Shown here piece after piece: positions 9,682 to 21,152 of a stretch of 64,000 nucleotides of DNA (position 1 is the first letter of the stretch; every line of letters starts with the position of its first letter). The translations under genes and the position numbers were made by a program. Source of the DNA: an uncultured bacterium (GTDB taxonomy: Bacteria > Verrucomicrobiota > Verrucomicrobiia > Limisphaerales > UBA8199); the NCBI GenBank assembly GCA_963749495.1, contig CAVVMW010000012.1, positions 224,001 to 288,000 on the forward strand, written 5' to 3'. Under the pieces are notes generated by a model that did no database searches, was not told the origin of the DNA, and saw nothing but the letters and a program-made list of their open reading frames with translations.

Positions 9682-9702
9682 GATGCGAATAGCGAGCCAA
9701 TC

Positions 9703-10650
9703 GTGAAGATTTTCAGCGGCACTTCCAACCAGCCCCTGGCGCAGGCGATCTGCGCCTATATCGGGATCGAACTGGGCAAGTCGACGATCAAGCCGTTCCC
9801 GGACGGCGAGACATTCGTCAAGATCGAGGAGAATGTCCGGGGCGAGGATGTATTCCTGATCCAATCCACCTCTCCGCCGACCAACCATCATTTGATGGAG
9901 ATGTTCATCATGATGGACGCCCTGCGCCGAGCCAGCGCAGCCCGGGTCACGGCGGTGATGCCCTTTTACGGGTATGCGCGCCAGGACCGGAAGGACCAGC
10001 CGCGCGTGCCCATTACCGCCAAGCTGGTGGCCAATCTGGTCGTCGCCGCCGGGGCCAACCGGGTGCTGACCATGGACCTGCACGCCCAGCAGATCCAGGG
10101 GTTTTTTGACATCCCGGTCGATCACCTCTACGCCGCGCCGGTGATGTACCAGTACCTCAAGAAGAAGCGCCTGAACGACCTGGTCGTGGTCAGCCCGGAC
10201 GTGGGCGGGCTCAAGATGGCTTATGCCTATTCGCAGGTGCTCGGGTCGAGCCTGGCTATCGTGGCCAAACGACGGCGCAGCGCCAGCGAGGTCGAGTCCC
10301 TGGCCGTCATTGGGGAGATCCGGGGCAAGAACGCCCTGTTGGTGGACGATTTGACGGAGACGGCGGGCACGCTGACCGCCGCCGCCGAACGGCTCAAACG
10401 CAAGGGCGCCCGCAGCATCATCGCCTGTGTCTCCCACGCCATCCTCAGCACTAACCTCGGCATCGAGCGGCTGCGAAAATCGGCTATTGACGAATTGATA
10501 ACAACTGATACCGTCCTACGCCCGGCTATGAGCGGGGTGAAGATCACGACCCTGTCTGTGGCAGGGCTTTTGGGCGAGGCTATCAAGCGAATTCACAGCA
10601 ATTCGTCGGTCACTTCGCTGTTCGAGTTTAATGGCGGGCGCACCAGTTGA
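9703..10650 (+). CDS. prs: Ribose-phosphate pyrophosphokinase
   Basis: FPDGETFVKIEENVRG, PFYGYARQDRK, MDLHAQQIQGFF, VVSPDVGG, LVDDLTETAGT; GTG start at 9703. Confidence 0.97.
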   Translation: MKIFSGTSNQPLAQAICAYIGIELGKSTIKPFPDGETFVKIEENVRGEDVFLIQSTSPPTNHHLMEMFIMMDALRRASAARVTAVMPFYGYARQDRKDQPRVPITAKLVANLVVAAGANRVLTMDLHAQQIQGFFDIPVDHLYAAPVMYQYLKKKRLNDLVVVSPDVGGLKMAYAYSQVLGSSLAIVAKRRRSASEVESLAVIGEIRGKNALLVDDLTETAGTLTAAAERLKRKGARSIIACVSHAILSTNLGIERLRKSAIDELITTDTVLRPAMSGVKITTLSVAGLLGEAIKRIHSNSSVTSLFEFNGGRTS

Positions 10651-10707
10651 CGGGCGCCAGCCGGGCCGCGCGCCCCCGGGCGCAGGCCCTGGAACGATTT
10701 AACGACA

Positions 10708-11589
10708 ATGAAATCCGTATCACTGAGCGCATTGCCCCGAGCACTGAGCCGGCGCGCCGGGGCCAAAAAACTCCGCGCCGAGGGCCGTGTCCCGGCCGTC
10801 ATCTATGGCCGGCAGGCCCAGGCCCAGAGCCTCGAGGTCAAAGCCAAGGAAATGGAAGACCTCATCCACCGCTCGGTCTCCGAAAACCTCCTGGTTGACC
10901 TTGAGGTCAAGGACGACGCCCGGCCCAAGCGCCTGGCCCTGGTCCAGGAAATCCAACACCACCCCCTGAGCGGGAAGATCCTCCATGTGGACTTCCACGA
11001 AGTGGCCGAAAATGAAAAGGTGACCATCAGCGTGCCGGTCGAGACGGTGGGCGAGGCCGAGGGCGTCAAGACCGGCGGCGGGGTGCTCGAGCACGTGCTC
11101 TTTCGGGTGCGGGCGCGCGGGCTGCCCAAGGACCTGCCCGAGGTGATTATGGTGGACGTGACCCACCTCAAGCTGGGCGAGGCCGTCCACCTGGGGGAGA
11201 TCAAACCGCCGGGCGGCGTCGAGTTGGTGGGGGACAAACAGATGGCAGTTATCGCCGTGGCCGCGCCGCGCACTGAGGAAGAGGAAGCTGCCGCCGAGGC
11301 GGAAGCTGCCGCGCCGGGCGAGGTCGAGATGATCAAAGAGAAGAAGGAAGGCGAAGAAGAGGCCCCTGCGGCCAAAGGGGCGGAAAAGGCCCCCGGCAAG
11401 GGCGCCGAAAAGGCCCCCGCCAAGGGTGCCAAGGGGGCCGAGAAGGCCCCCGCCAAGGGCGCCGAGAAGGCCCCCGCCAAGGGCGCCGAGAAGCCCCCCG
11501 CCAAGGGTGCCGAAAAAGCCCAGGCCAAGGGCGCCGAGAAAGCCCCGGCCAAGGGCGCCGAGAAAGCCCCGGCCGGCAAGAAAAAGTAG
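10708..11589 (+). CDS. rplY: 50S ribosomal protein L25 (Ctc type) with an Ala/Lys-rich repeat tail
   Basis: LRAEGRVPAVIYG, ILHVDFHEV, GVKTGGGVL; C-terminal AKGAEKAP repeats. Confidence 0.95.
   Translation: MKSVSLSALPRALSRRAGAKKLRAEGRVPAVIYGRQAQAQSLEVKAKEMEDLIHRSVSENLLVDLEVKDDARPKRLALVQEIQHHPLSGKILHVDFHEVAENEKVTISVPVETVGEAEGVKTGGGVLEHVLFRVRARGLPKDLPEVIMVDVTHLKLGEAVHLGEIKPPGGVELVGDKQMAVIAVAAPRTEEEEAAAEAEAAAPGEVEMIKEKKEGEEEAPAAKGAEKAPGKGAEKAPAKGAKGAEKAPAKGAEKAPAKGAEKPPAKGAEKAQAKGAEKAPAKGAEKAPAGKKK
11370..11580 (+). repeat. 24-bp coding tandem repeat (AKGAEKAP, about 8 units) in rplY
   Basis: GCCAAGGGCGCCGAGAAGGCCCCC-like units repeated in frame. Confidence 0.9.
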
Positions 11590-11642
11590 CAGTGATTTGG
11601 GCGGCGGCGCGGTTGGCTCCGGGCCGCCGGCTGGTCCCGCGC

Positions 11643-12257
11643 ATGGAGAACCTGTATCTCATCGTGGGCTTGGGCAATCCCGGCGCCGATTACGCGCGGA
11701 CCCGGCACAATGCCGGTTTCCAGGTGGTCGAGCGCCTGGCGGAACGCTGGCGGGCGGGCTGGACTTACGAGAAGAAGTTCAACGCCAGCCTGGCGCGGGC
11801 GGAGCGGACAGGGCGCCGCGTGTTGTTGTGCAGGCCGCAGACATTCATGAATGCCAGCGGCGAGGCGGTAGGGGCGGTGCAGGCCTTCTACCGGGTGGCG
11901 CTGGCGCAGATGCTGGTGGTCGTGGACGATGCGGATTTGCCGCTGGGCGAACTGCGGCTCCGGCCAGGCGGCGGCAGCGGCGGCCACCATGGGCTGGAAT
12001 CCATCCAGCAGCGGCTGGCCGCGCGCGACTATGCCCGGCTGCGCGTGGGCATCGGCCGGCAGGCCAACCTGCGCCAGATCACCGGGCACGTGCTCGGGCG
12101 ATTTCATTCGACCGAGATGCCGCTGGTGGACGAAGTTTTGGGCCGGGCGGCCGACCAGGCGCAGTGCTGGCTGGAAGCCGGGATACAGAAGGCAATGAAT
12201 CAGTTTAACGGCGCCCCGCCCGAACGGGACGCCCCCAACGAAAGAGAAGAGCAGTGA
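11643..12257 (+). CDS. pth: Peptidyl-tRNA hydrolase
   Basis: LIVGLGNPG..YARTRHNAGF, PQTFMNASG, GGSGGHHGL, RLRVGIG. Confidence 0.97.
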   Translation: MENLYLIVGLGNPGADYARTRHNAGFQVVERLAERWRAGWTYEKKFNASLARAERTGRRVLLCRPQTFMNASGEAVGAVQAFYRVALAQMLVVVDDADLPLGELRLRPGGGSGGHHGLESIQQRLAARDYARLRVGIGRQANLRQITGHVLGRFHSTEMPLVDEVLGRAADQAQCWLEAGIQKAMNQFNGAPPERDAPNEREEQ

Positions 12258-12586
12258 AACGATACGAAGGCTTGTTCATACTGGAAACCGCCGGCAAAGA
12301 AGAAGGCATCAAGGACACGATCGATAAGATCTCCGCCGAGATTGCTTCCCTGGGCGGCAAAGTGGAAACCGTGCAGAAGATGGAGAAGCGCAACTTCGCC
12401 CGCGTCGCCAACAAGCGGCACAGCGCCGGTTTCTACGTGAATATCATTTTCGAGGGCCAATCCACCCTCCTCGATCAACTCAAGCACCGGTTCGCCATGA
12501 ACACGGACATCTTCCGCGTCCTGTTCACCAATTCGCCGGCGCCCAAACCCGCCTCAGCCCATCAACCCACCCAACCAACCACCTAG
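12254..12586 (+). CDS. rpsF: 30S ribosomal protein S6
   Basis: MKRYEGLFIL..., GTGA overlap with pth, position between pth and ssb. Confidence 0.92.
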   Translation: MKRYEGLFILETAGKEEGIKDTIDKISAEIASLGGKVETVQKMEKRNFARVANKRHSAGFYVNIIFEGQSTLLDQLKHRFAMNTDIFRVLFTNSPAPKPASAHQPTQPTT

Positions 12587-12592
12587 GAACCT

Positions 12593-13079
12593 ATGGCCAG
12601 CTTCAACAAAGTCATCCTCGCGGGCAACCTCACACGCGACCCCGACCTGCGCTACACCCCCAAAGGCACCGCCATCGCCCGCATCGGCCTGGCCATCAAC
12701 AGGACCTGGAAGACCGAGACCGGCGAGACCAAGGAAGAGGTCACTTTCGTCGATGTCGATGCCTTCGGGCGCCAGGCCGAGGTCATCGCCCAATACATGA
12801 AAAAGGGGCGGCCGTTCCTGGTCGAGGGCCGGCTCAAACTCGACCAGTGGGAGGACAAGAACACTCACCAGAAACAGAGCAAGCTGCACGTCGTCCTCGA
12901 GGGCTTTTCCTTTATTAATGCCAGGCCCTCCGAAGGCGGCGCGGCCTTCGACAACGCCCGGCCGCGCCCGCCGGCCGCGGCTCAACCCGGCCCGGCCAGC
13001 CCGGCCGGCCCAGCCCGAAGCTGCCCCAGCCCCCGCCCCGGACGCCCCATCCGCCGAGGAAGACGACGTCCCCTTCTGA
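12593..13079 (+). CDS. ssb: Single-stranded DNA-binding protein (frameshift in the GC-rich linker)
   Basis: FNKVILAGNLTRDPDLRYTPKG, VEGRLKLDQW; canonical acidic tip EEDDVPF-stop ends at 13079 in a shifted frame. Confidence 0.95.
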
Positions 13080-13127
13080 ACCGGGGATTTTTAGTTGCAG
13101 CCGGGCTGCGCTGGGATAGTTTGGCAG

Positions 13128-13823
13128 ATGGTTCAATCCGTTATTCTCCGAGGTGGTCGTCTGCCCAAGGGGTCCCTGTGCCCGGTTGGGCTGAGAGTCT
13201 CTCTGCTGGTCGTCGGGGTTTGCCTGGCGGCGGGCCTGGCCGCGGCCCAGCGACAGCCCGAGACGCCGCCGGCCGGGGCGGACCCGGGCCTTTGGGAGGC
13301 CGGAGTGGGCGAGGGGTTCAGGCCGGGCGCGCACGAGTTGGATTTGTCGGCAGGCCCCGGTTCGGGGATGCGGGTGTTCGGCAGCCAGCACACCCACGAC
13401 CTGGGTTTGGGCGTGGTGCAATACGGCTGGATGGTCGGCAAAGTCGCAGGCCAAGAGAGGTGGTACCGGGGGAACTGGGAATTGCTGGGCGAGGTCTTCG
13501 GCGCCGGCCAGTTCCACCCCTCCTCCGGCTACGTCATTGGCGGCGCCCCGCTGCTCCGCTACAACTTTGCCACCGGCCACCGCTGGATTCCCTTTGTGGA
13601 CCTGGGCGCGGGGATGGCCGCGACAGACATCCGCAACGGCGATCTCAGCACGACCTTCGAGTTCACCCTCCAGACCGCCGCCGGGCTTCATCTGTTCCTG
13701 CGCGACGACCTGGCCCTGACCCTCCAGTATCGGTTTGTCCATCTCTCTAACGCCAGTGTGAGCTCCCCCAACCTGGGCGTGAACACCAGCGCCTTCCTGA
13801 CGGGCCTGACCCTGTTCTTCTGA
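13128..13823 (+). CDS. pagL: Acyloxyacyl hydrolase / PagL-like lipid A 3-O-deacylase (outer-membrane beta-barrel)
   Basis: Signal peptide, LLRYNF, FEFTLQ, YRFVHLSNASVSSPNLGVN (H-x-S-N motif), terminal Phe. Confidence 0.8.
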   Translation: MVQSVILRGGRLPKGSLCPVGLRVSLLVVGVCLAAGLAAAQRQPETPPAGADPGLWEAGVGEGFRPGAHELDLSAGPGSGMRVFGSQHTHDLGLGVVQYGWMVGKVAGQERWYRGNWELLGEVFGAGQFHPSSGYVIGGAPLLRYNFATGHRWIPFVDLGAGMAATDIRNGDLSTTFEFTLQTAAGLHLFLRDDLALTLQYRFVHLSNASVSSPNLGVNTSAFLTGLTLFF

Positions 13824-13829
13824 CGCGCC

Positions 13830-13890
13830 TAGGAGCGCGGACGCCCCGTCCGCGTGAAGAAACGCGCGGACGAGGGCGTCCGCGCTCCTA
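13830..13890. repeat. REP doublet, TAGGAGCGCGGAC family, between convergent genes
   Basis: TAGGAGCGCGGACGCCCCGTCCGCG...CGCGGACGAGGGCGTCCGCGCTCCTA; second copy at 30431-30503. Confidence 0.85.
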
Positions 13891-13903
13891 TCCGACGTGG
13901 CGC

Positions 13904-15037
13904 CTACACCAGCCGTTTCAACTTGGGATCGTCAGCGAGTATCTTGACCAACTGCTTGACCTTCTGCGCCTGGCTCTTGTGGGCCAGGAGTGTGGCATCG
14001 TCAGTCTGGACCAGGATGGCGTTGCGCAGGCCGACCACCGCAATGAGGGTGCGCCGCGCGCGCGTGCGGGCGTCGAAAATGAGGTTGCGGGCTCCATCCA
14101 CGTGGATGAAATCGCCCACCGCGCAGTTGCCTTCGGCATCGGGCTTGAGATGCCGGGCCAGGGCGCTCCAGGAGCCAAGGTCGTCCCAGGCAAACGCCCC
14201 GTCGGCCACAATGACATTTTGCGCGTGCTCCATGAGCGCGTAATTGATCGAGACCCGCTTGAGCTCGGGATAATCCCTGGCCAGGGCCTGCTTGAGTTTG
14301 GCAGGCGTGCCCGCCACTTTGAACCACCGCTGGCAGGCCTGGTACATCTCCGGCTGGTGTTTCTGCAGCCCCTCGGTGATCGTCACGAACGACCAGACGA
14401 ACATCCCCGCGTTCCAGCGGTATTGGCCTGAGTTGATGTAGTCCAGGGCCTGGTCGTATTGGGGCTTTTCGACGAACTGCTCGGCGCGGAAGAAGGCGGT
14501 CTTGGAGGCCTTGGCCCCTTGCGGGGGCGGCAGGGCCTGGCCCACCCGGATGTAGCCATAGCCGGTCGCCGGCTCGGTCGGTTTGATCCCGATGGTGATA
14601 ATGGCCTGCCCCCACCCCGCCAAGTCCAGGGCGTCCCCCAGGACCTGCTGAAACTTCTTCTCCTCAGGGATGACATGGTCGGCAGGGAGCACCGCCATCA
14701 CCGCGGTCGTCGAGCGCGCCCCGGCCAGGGCGGCCCCAAGCGTGACCGCCGCGCAGGTGTCCCGGCCCACCGGTTCGACGACGATATTTGCCGCCGGGAG
14801 CTTGGGCAGTTGTTTGCGCACCTCCGGGGCCTGGAGTTCGTTGGTGATGACGAGCACGTTCCGGAGCGCCACCAGCGGCAGCACCCGCTCAACCGCCTGC
14901 TGCAACAACGAACGCCCCCCCAGCAGCGGGAGCAGTTGCTTAGGCGTCTTCTGGCGGCTCACCGGCCAAAACCGCTCACCCCGCCCGCCCGCCATGATGA
15001 TCGCGAACCGATCCGCTGCATTAAGGTTTGTTTTCAT
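13904..15037 (-). CDS. manC: Mannose-1-phosphate guanylyltransferase
   Basis: IIMAGGRGERFWPVSRQKTPKQLL, EPVGRDT, LPADH, TGYGYI, FVEKP, WNAGMF, WDDLGSW. Confidence 0.9.
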   Translation of the reverse strand: MKTNLNAADRFAIIMAGGRGERFWPVSRQKTPKQLLPLLGGRSLLQQAVERVLPLVALRNVLVITNELQAPEVRKQLPKLPAANIVVEPVGRDTCAAVTLGAALAGARSTTAVMAVLPADHVIPEEKKFQQVLGDALDLAGWGQAIITIGIKPTEPATGYGYIRVGQALPPPQGAKASKTAFFRAEQFVEKPQYDQALDYINSGQYRWNAGMFVWSFVTITEGLQKHQPEMYQACQRWFKVAGTPAKLKQALARDYPELKRVSINYALMEHAQNVIVADGAFAWDDLGSWSALARHLKPDAEGNCAVGDFIHVDGARNLIFDARTRARRTLIAVVGLRNAILVQTDDATLLAHKSQAQKVKQLVKILADDPKLKRLV

Positions 15038-15048
15038 ATTCAGCACGG

Positions 15049-15263
15049 CCTCACTGAACGCGGGAGCGACACACGGGGCCGACCCCTCACCCCGACCCTC
15101 TCCCCTTCCAAAGGGGAGAGGGAGAAACATCGGCAGCCTCTGGAATTTCCAGGCGGCTCCGCTTGCTCGAGCCGCTCCCGCGAATTCCCCCTCTCCCCTT
15201 CCGAAGGGGAGAGGGGCGGGGTGAGGGGTCCGCCCGGCACTCCGTCTCCGCCTTCACTGACCG
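15049..15263. repeat. ~215-bp MITE/BIME-like palindromic element, CCCCTCACCCC-CCTCTCCCC family, copy 1
   Basis: Nested IRs CCCCTCACCCCGACCCTCTCCCC / GGGGAGAGGGGCGGGGTGAGGGG; partial homologues at 17493-17677 and 45550-45604. Confidence 0.8.
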
Positions 15264-15289
15264 ATTCCTGTTCTCGAAGCACTCCATCA

Positions 15290-16102
15290 TTATCCCATCT
15301 GCGTTGCGCCCTTCACCGCTGCCGCCAGGGGCCGGACGAACTCCGCAATCCGCTCCGCCAGGGCCGGGTCCCGTCCCAGCCGGGCGATCTGGTTCACAAT
15401 CGCGCTGCCCACGACCACCGCGTCGGCGTCCGCAGCCACCAACCGGGCTTGCTCCGGGGTCGAGATCCCGAAGCCCACGGCGATGGGCAAGTCCGTGTGC
15501 GCCCGGATCCTCGAGGTCATGGCAGCGATACTCTCGGCAACCTTGTCCTGCACGCCGGTCACACCCTCGCGGCAGACGTAGTAGATGAACCCTGCGCCAC
15601 GCTTGACGATCAACTCGACCCGGTCATCCGGGGTTGTCGGGGCGACCAGGTAGATCAGGTGCAGCCCGGCCCGGCGCGCCAGGGCCTCGCAGCTTGCGCC
15701 CTCTTCCGGCGGCAAATCCAGGACCAGCAGGCCGTCCACACCCGCCCGCGCCGCATCCTCGATGAACCGCTCGACGCCGTAACGGTGAACCAGGTTGAAG
15801 TAGAGATACAGGACAATCGGGATCTGCGACCCCTGCCGAATGGCCGAGACGGCCGCCAGCACGCCCGAGGGGGTCGTCCCCGAGGCCAGGCCCCGTTGGG
15901 CGGCAAGTTGGTTGACTAGGCCGTCGGCCAGAGGGTCGCTGAAGGGCACACCCAGCTCGAGCACGTCCACGCCCAGCTTGTCGAAGGCCGCCGCCAGCCG
16001 GCGTGTGGCCTCCAGGTCCGGGTCTCCCGCCCCGATATAGGCAATGAACCCCTTTTTGTGTTCGTTCTTGAGCCGGGCGAATCTCTCATCGATGCGATTC
16101 AT
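15290..16102 (-). CDS. trpA: Tryptophan synthase alpha chain
   Basis: YIGAGDP, LELGVPFSDPLADG, LVAPTT, GVTG, AVGFGIS, VVVGSAIV. Confidence 0.97.
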   Translation of the reverse strand: MNRIDERFARLKNEHKKGFIAYIGAGDPDLEATRRLAAAFDKLGVDVLELGVPFSDPLADGLVNQLAAQRGLASGTTPSGVLAAVSAIRQGSQIPIVLYLYFNLVHRYGVERFIEDAARAGVDGLLVLDLPPEEGASCEALARRAGLHLIYLVAPTTPDDRVELIVKRGAGFIYYVCREGVTGVQDKVAESIAAMTSRIRAHTDLPIAVGFGISTPEQARLVAADADAVVVGSAIVNQIARLGRDPALAERIAEFVRPLAAAVKGATQMG

Positions 16103-16440
16103 GCCGCCGGAGTGTCCAACGCGGCTTGGGAAGATGCAAGGTGAAGTTTCCGGTTCACCCGAGTTCCAACGCTCCGGGATTCATCGAGAGACAGGCGGTG
16201 GTCGTCCCTCTCCCCATCAGGTATCATTCCGAACAACGGTTGCCTTAAAATCCCCCGTAATCAGGGTTGTTTCTGGGGTCGGTCTTAACAGGGCTCACAT
16301 AGTTTAACTTTTCAGGTCCAGGGGAATCCGTGTTTTTCGGGCCTTTTTGAAGAATAGCCGCCACGGTCGCACCTAAAAATGTCATTGTGTTTGATGAATA
16401 ACGCCCTGAAATGGCCCAGTCAATCACTTACAATAACATT

Positions 16441-17169
16441 ATGGCTACGGACTTAACGCGCGCCGAACACTCCGTCATCCAACAGCTTCGTCGTCTGGGC
16501 GTCGCAACCATGCGTGCCTTGCGCCAGCGCGTGCATTGCTGCCACATGACCGTGGTGCGGGCCCTGCGCAAAACCGGCTATCACAACAGCTTTAACGCCA
16601 ACGCCGCTTACTACACCCTGCCCCAAACCCCGGTCTTCGATGACCACGGCCTGTGGTTCCACCGGCAGATCGGCTTTTCCCGGCACGGCAACCTGCTCCA
16701 AACCCTGGCTGCCTTGGTGGCCAAGGCTCCGGCCGGTTGCACCGTCCCGGAGTTGGAGGCGCAGCTCTCCACGCCCGTGGCCAACCTGCTATGTCGGTTG
16801 GGGCGCGAGGGTCGAGTCGGCATTGCTCACCGTGGCCGCCGCGCCCTGTATTTGGCCGCCGATCCCGCCCAGCAACGCCGCCAACAAGCCCAGCGTCAGA
16901 CTCAGACGCTGGCGGCGCCGCTCTCCGCAGTGGGGGCGGGCCCGGCCTTGCCGCCCGGAGTCAGTGCCCTGGAAGTCGTCGCCCTGCTGAGCACGCTCAT
17001 TCAACATCCGCACGCCCGGGTGCCGACCCTGGTCCGGCTGCTCCAGAAGCGGGGCGTTGGCCTGAGCCCCAGCCAAATCCGCCAGGCGCAGGCCTTTTAT
17101 GAGATCAAAAAAAAACGGCACCTTAAGCCTGGCGAGCCTGGCTCAGGACCTGAGTCGCCAAGCGGCTGA
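16441..17169 (+). CDS. Transposon-associated HTH protein (ORF A)
   Basis: VATMRALRQRVHCCHMTVVRALRKTGYHNSFNANAAYYTL...FDDHGLW...FSRHGNL. Confidence 0.55.
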   Translation: MATDLTRAEHSVIQQLRRLGVATMRALRQRVHCCHMTVVRALRKTGYHNSFNANAAYYTLPQTPVFDDHGLWFHRQIGFSRHGNLLQTLAALVAKAPAGCTVPELEAQLSTPVANLLCRLGREGRVGIAHRGRRALYLAADPAQQRRQQAQRQTQTLAAPLSAVGAGPALPPGVSALEVVALLSTLIQHPHARVPTLVRLLQKRGVGLSPSQIRQAQAFYEIKKKRHLKPGEPGSGPESPSG

Positions 17170-17492
17170 GCAACTGCAATCCCTGGCCCGGCCCTGCGCC
17201 TTGCCTACCTATCGGTTTGATGCCCCCGCCCAGTCTCTTCCCGTGCTCAAGAGCCGCGCCCGTCGCGTGGTCAGTGGGCAGCATGGCCCCTTGGTGGCCG
17301 TGGAAGTCATGCGCACCGACCCGGACCACCCGGAGGCCAAGCCGCAACGTTCGGCGGACTTGGCCCGCCTGGTGCCCGCGCGCTGTTGTTACGCTTTTGA
17401 CTTGATCGCCCAGGTCGGCCGGCAAGTCTTTCTGGAAGGGCAGACCTTGGCCCAAGTGCAGCAAGGCCTGGAGTCCCGAACCCCCCCACTAC
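17099..17492 (+). pseudogene. 5' fragment of a putative transposase (ORF B)
   Basis: RSADLARLVPARCCYAFDLIAQVGRQVFLEGQTLAQVQQGL, then reads directly into repeat DNA. Confidence 0.5.
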
Positions 17493-17677
17493 CCGAAGGG
17501 GAGAGGGAGAAGCGTCGGCAGTCTCTTGAACTTCCCAGCATCGCTGATTCCTCGAGCGACTGCGGAGCATTCTCCCTCTCCCCATCCGACTCGCCGCGCT
17601 GCCGCGCCGTCGCAGCGGGTGGGGATAGGGTTGGGGTGAGGGGTCCGCCCGCTGTACCGCTCCCGTGTTCACTGAGG
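17493..17677. repeat. MITE/BIME-like element copy 2 (left arm missing)
   Basis: CCGAAGGGGAGAGGGAGA...GGGTTGGGGTGAGGGGTCCGCCC...CGCTCCCGTGTTCACTGAGG; the right end resembles the reverse complement of the 15049 left end. Confidence 0.75.
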
Positions 17678-17735
17678 CATTGCTCCCGCAACCTATTTAC
17701 TTGGAACGTTGTCCCATTCCGGGTAGTTATAGGGC

Positions 17736-19802
<2,067 letters not shown>

Positions 19803-19919
19803 TGGGCACGGGCGCGGATGGGCTTTGGGATCCGATGGATGATGGGAGAATTACTTTCCAAGATGAAGGCAGGGTGTTAGACTAGTCTCTGACCGGTCAA
19901 AAAACTGGCCAATATCAAT

Positions 19920-20178
19920 ATGAGCGCAACAACAATTATCGCGGCTTCAGACGCCAAAGCAAAGTTTTCCGAACTACTGGATCGGGCGAGAAAGGGGGAG
20001 GGTTTCGCCATTACTCTGCATGGCGAGGAGGTCGCAAGGCTTATACCCGCCAAAGGCAAGAGCCTGGAGGAAATCCGAGCGGTCATCGCCCAGGCGAAGT
20101 CAAGGCGAATCGTTCTGAACCCCCCGGGCAGGCCCAAGCTTCGAAATCAAGGACCTTATCGAGGAGGGCCGAGCGTGA
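19920..20178 (+). CDS. Phd/YefM antitoxin (a +1 indel near 20140 fuses it in frame to VapC)
   Basis: ASDAKAKFSELLDRARKGEGFAITLHGEEVARLIP; expected end IKDLIEEGRA-stop lies in the shifted frame with a GTGA overlap. Confidence 0.85.
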
Positions 20179-20585
20179 GTTTTGCCTTGGATGCTTCGTT
20201 CGCGCTCGCCTGGGTGTTGGAGGACGAGGCATCCGCTCAAACAGACCAGGTGCTGGACTCGCTCGGAACCGGCGCGAAGGCCTTTGTGCCCGCCCTCTGG
20301 CGGTGGGAGATCGTCAACGCGCTTCTGTCTGTGGAGCGTCGTCAGCGGGCGGCACACGCTGAAATTGCCGGTCACATCCAGTTTTTCCGATCACTGCCCA
20401 TCGAGGTCAACGAGGCGTGTCTCGAACAGGTCTGGAGCGCCACGCATTTGCTGGCGCAAAAGCACAAACTGACAAGCTATGACGCGGCATACCTCGACCT
20501 CGCGATGCGGCGCAGCTTGCCGCTCGCGACGCAGGACGATCAGTTGCGAGAGGCGGCTGAAGCTGAAGGGGTACGGCTGCTCTGA
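20175..20585 (+). CDS. vapC: VapC-family PIN toxin
   Basis: FALDASFALAWVLEDE, WRWEIVNAL, LTSYDAAYLDLA, LATQDDQL. Confidence 0.9.
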   Translation: MSFALDASFALAWVLEDEASAQTDQVLDSLGTGAKAFVPALWRWEIVNALLSVERRQRAAHAEIAGHIQFFRSLPIEVNEACLEQVWSATHLLAQKHKLTSYDAAYLDLAMRRSLPLATQDDQLREAAEAEGVRLL

Positions 20586-20657
20586 GAGTGAGCCTCTACG
20601 GTTTTGAAATCGCGCAAGGGGACCCTGAACCGGATGGGCGCAGCCCGGCGCGAAGCG

Positions 20658-20735
20658 TTTTGGACTGCGCCAGTCCTCTGGCGCTTTCGCCTCCCCACGG
20701 TCCAAAAAGCGCCAGAGGACTGGCGCAGTCCAAAA
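20658..20735. repeat. REP-like inverted repeat, TGGACTGCG family, copy 2
   Basis: 30-bp perfect IR; arms identical to 8671-8742 with a different loop. Confidence 0.9.
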
Positions 20736-21152
20736 CCTTCGGACTTCGCGCCGACTCGAGGAAAGAGTCCCAGCGGGTGGGAAACATCACCCAGCCCGGA
20801 AGGGTTTGCCGCCCGGGCGTCCTGGTGCCATCCTCGCCTGCCACCCGGCGGAATGCCTTCTCCCCTCTGAGCAAGGCGGGCCAACGATCCCTGTGTCGAG
20901 TCCCAAGTAGGGTTGACGCAACAACTTACGCTCGTGCGGCTCACGATGGATCGGCCAAAACCCCGTCTTGGCCGCTACCGGGCACTATTCCCCCTCCATG
21001 ACGTTGGCATCAGACATGCTTATCCCCTTGAGCGATGATCGCATTGGATTGGCAGTTCAGTGCCAGATCCAGTCGCGTTGGATTGTCAGGCTGCAGGGTT
21101 GAGCACGCGGGTCCCGGAGCATTGATGGAAAACGCGAGCCGTTTTTCCGAGT

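Larger units (their letters stand above)
16289..17492 (+). mobile_element. Truncated two-ORF transposable element remnant (unclassified, ISNCY-like)
   Basis: ORF A with HTH-like ends, an A9 run at 17107-17115, then ORF B broken off by a MITE fragment. CAGGGCTCACATAGTT at 16289 is a candidate end. Family assignment is from recollection only. Confidence 0.5.

Noticed and set aside
9540..9700. tRNA upstream of prs
   Set aside because: No cloverleaf or T-loop GTTCGA motif seen; no tRNA or rRNA recognised anywhere in the window.
12593..13750. 385-aa extended SSB
   Set aside because: Readthrough caused by a frameshift; the true DDVPF terminus ends at 13079.
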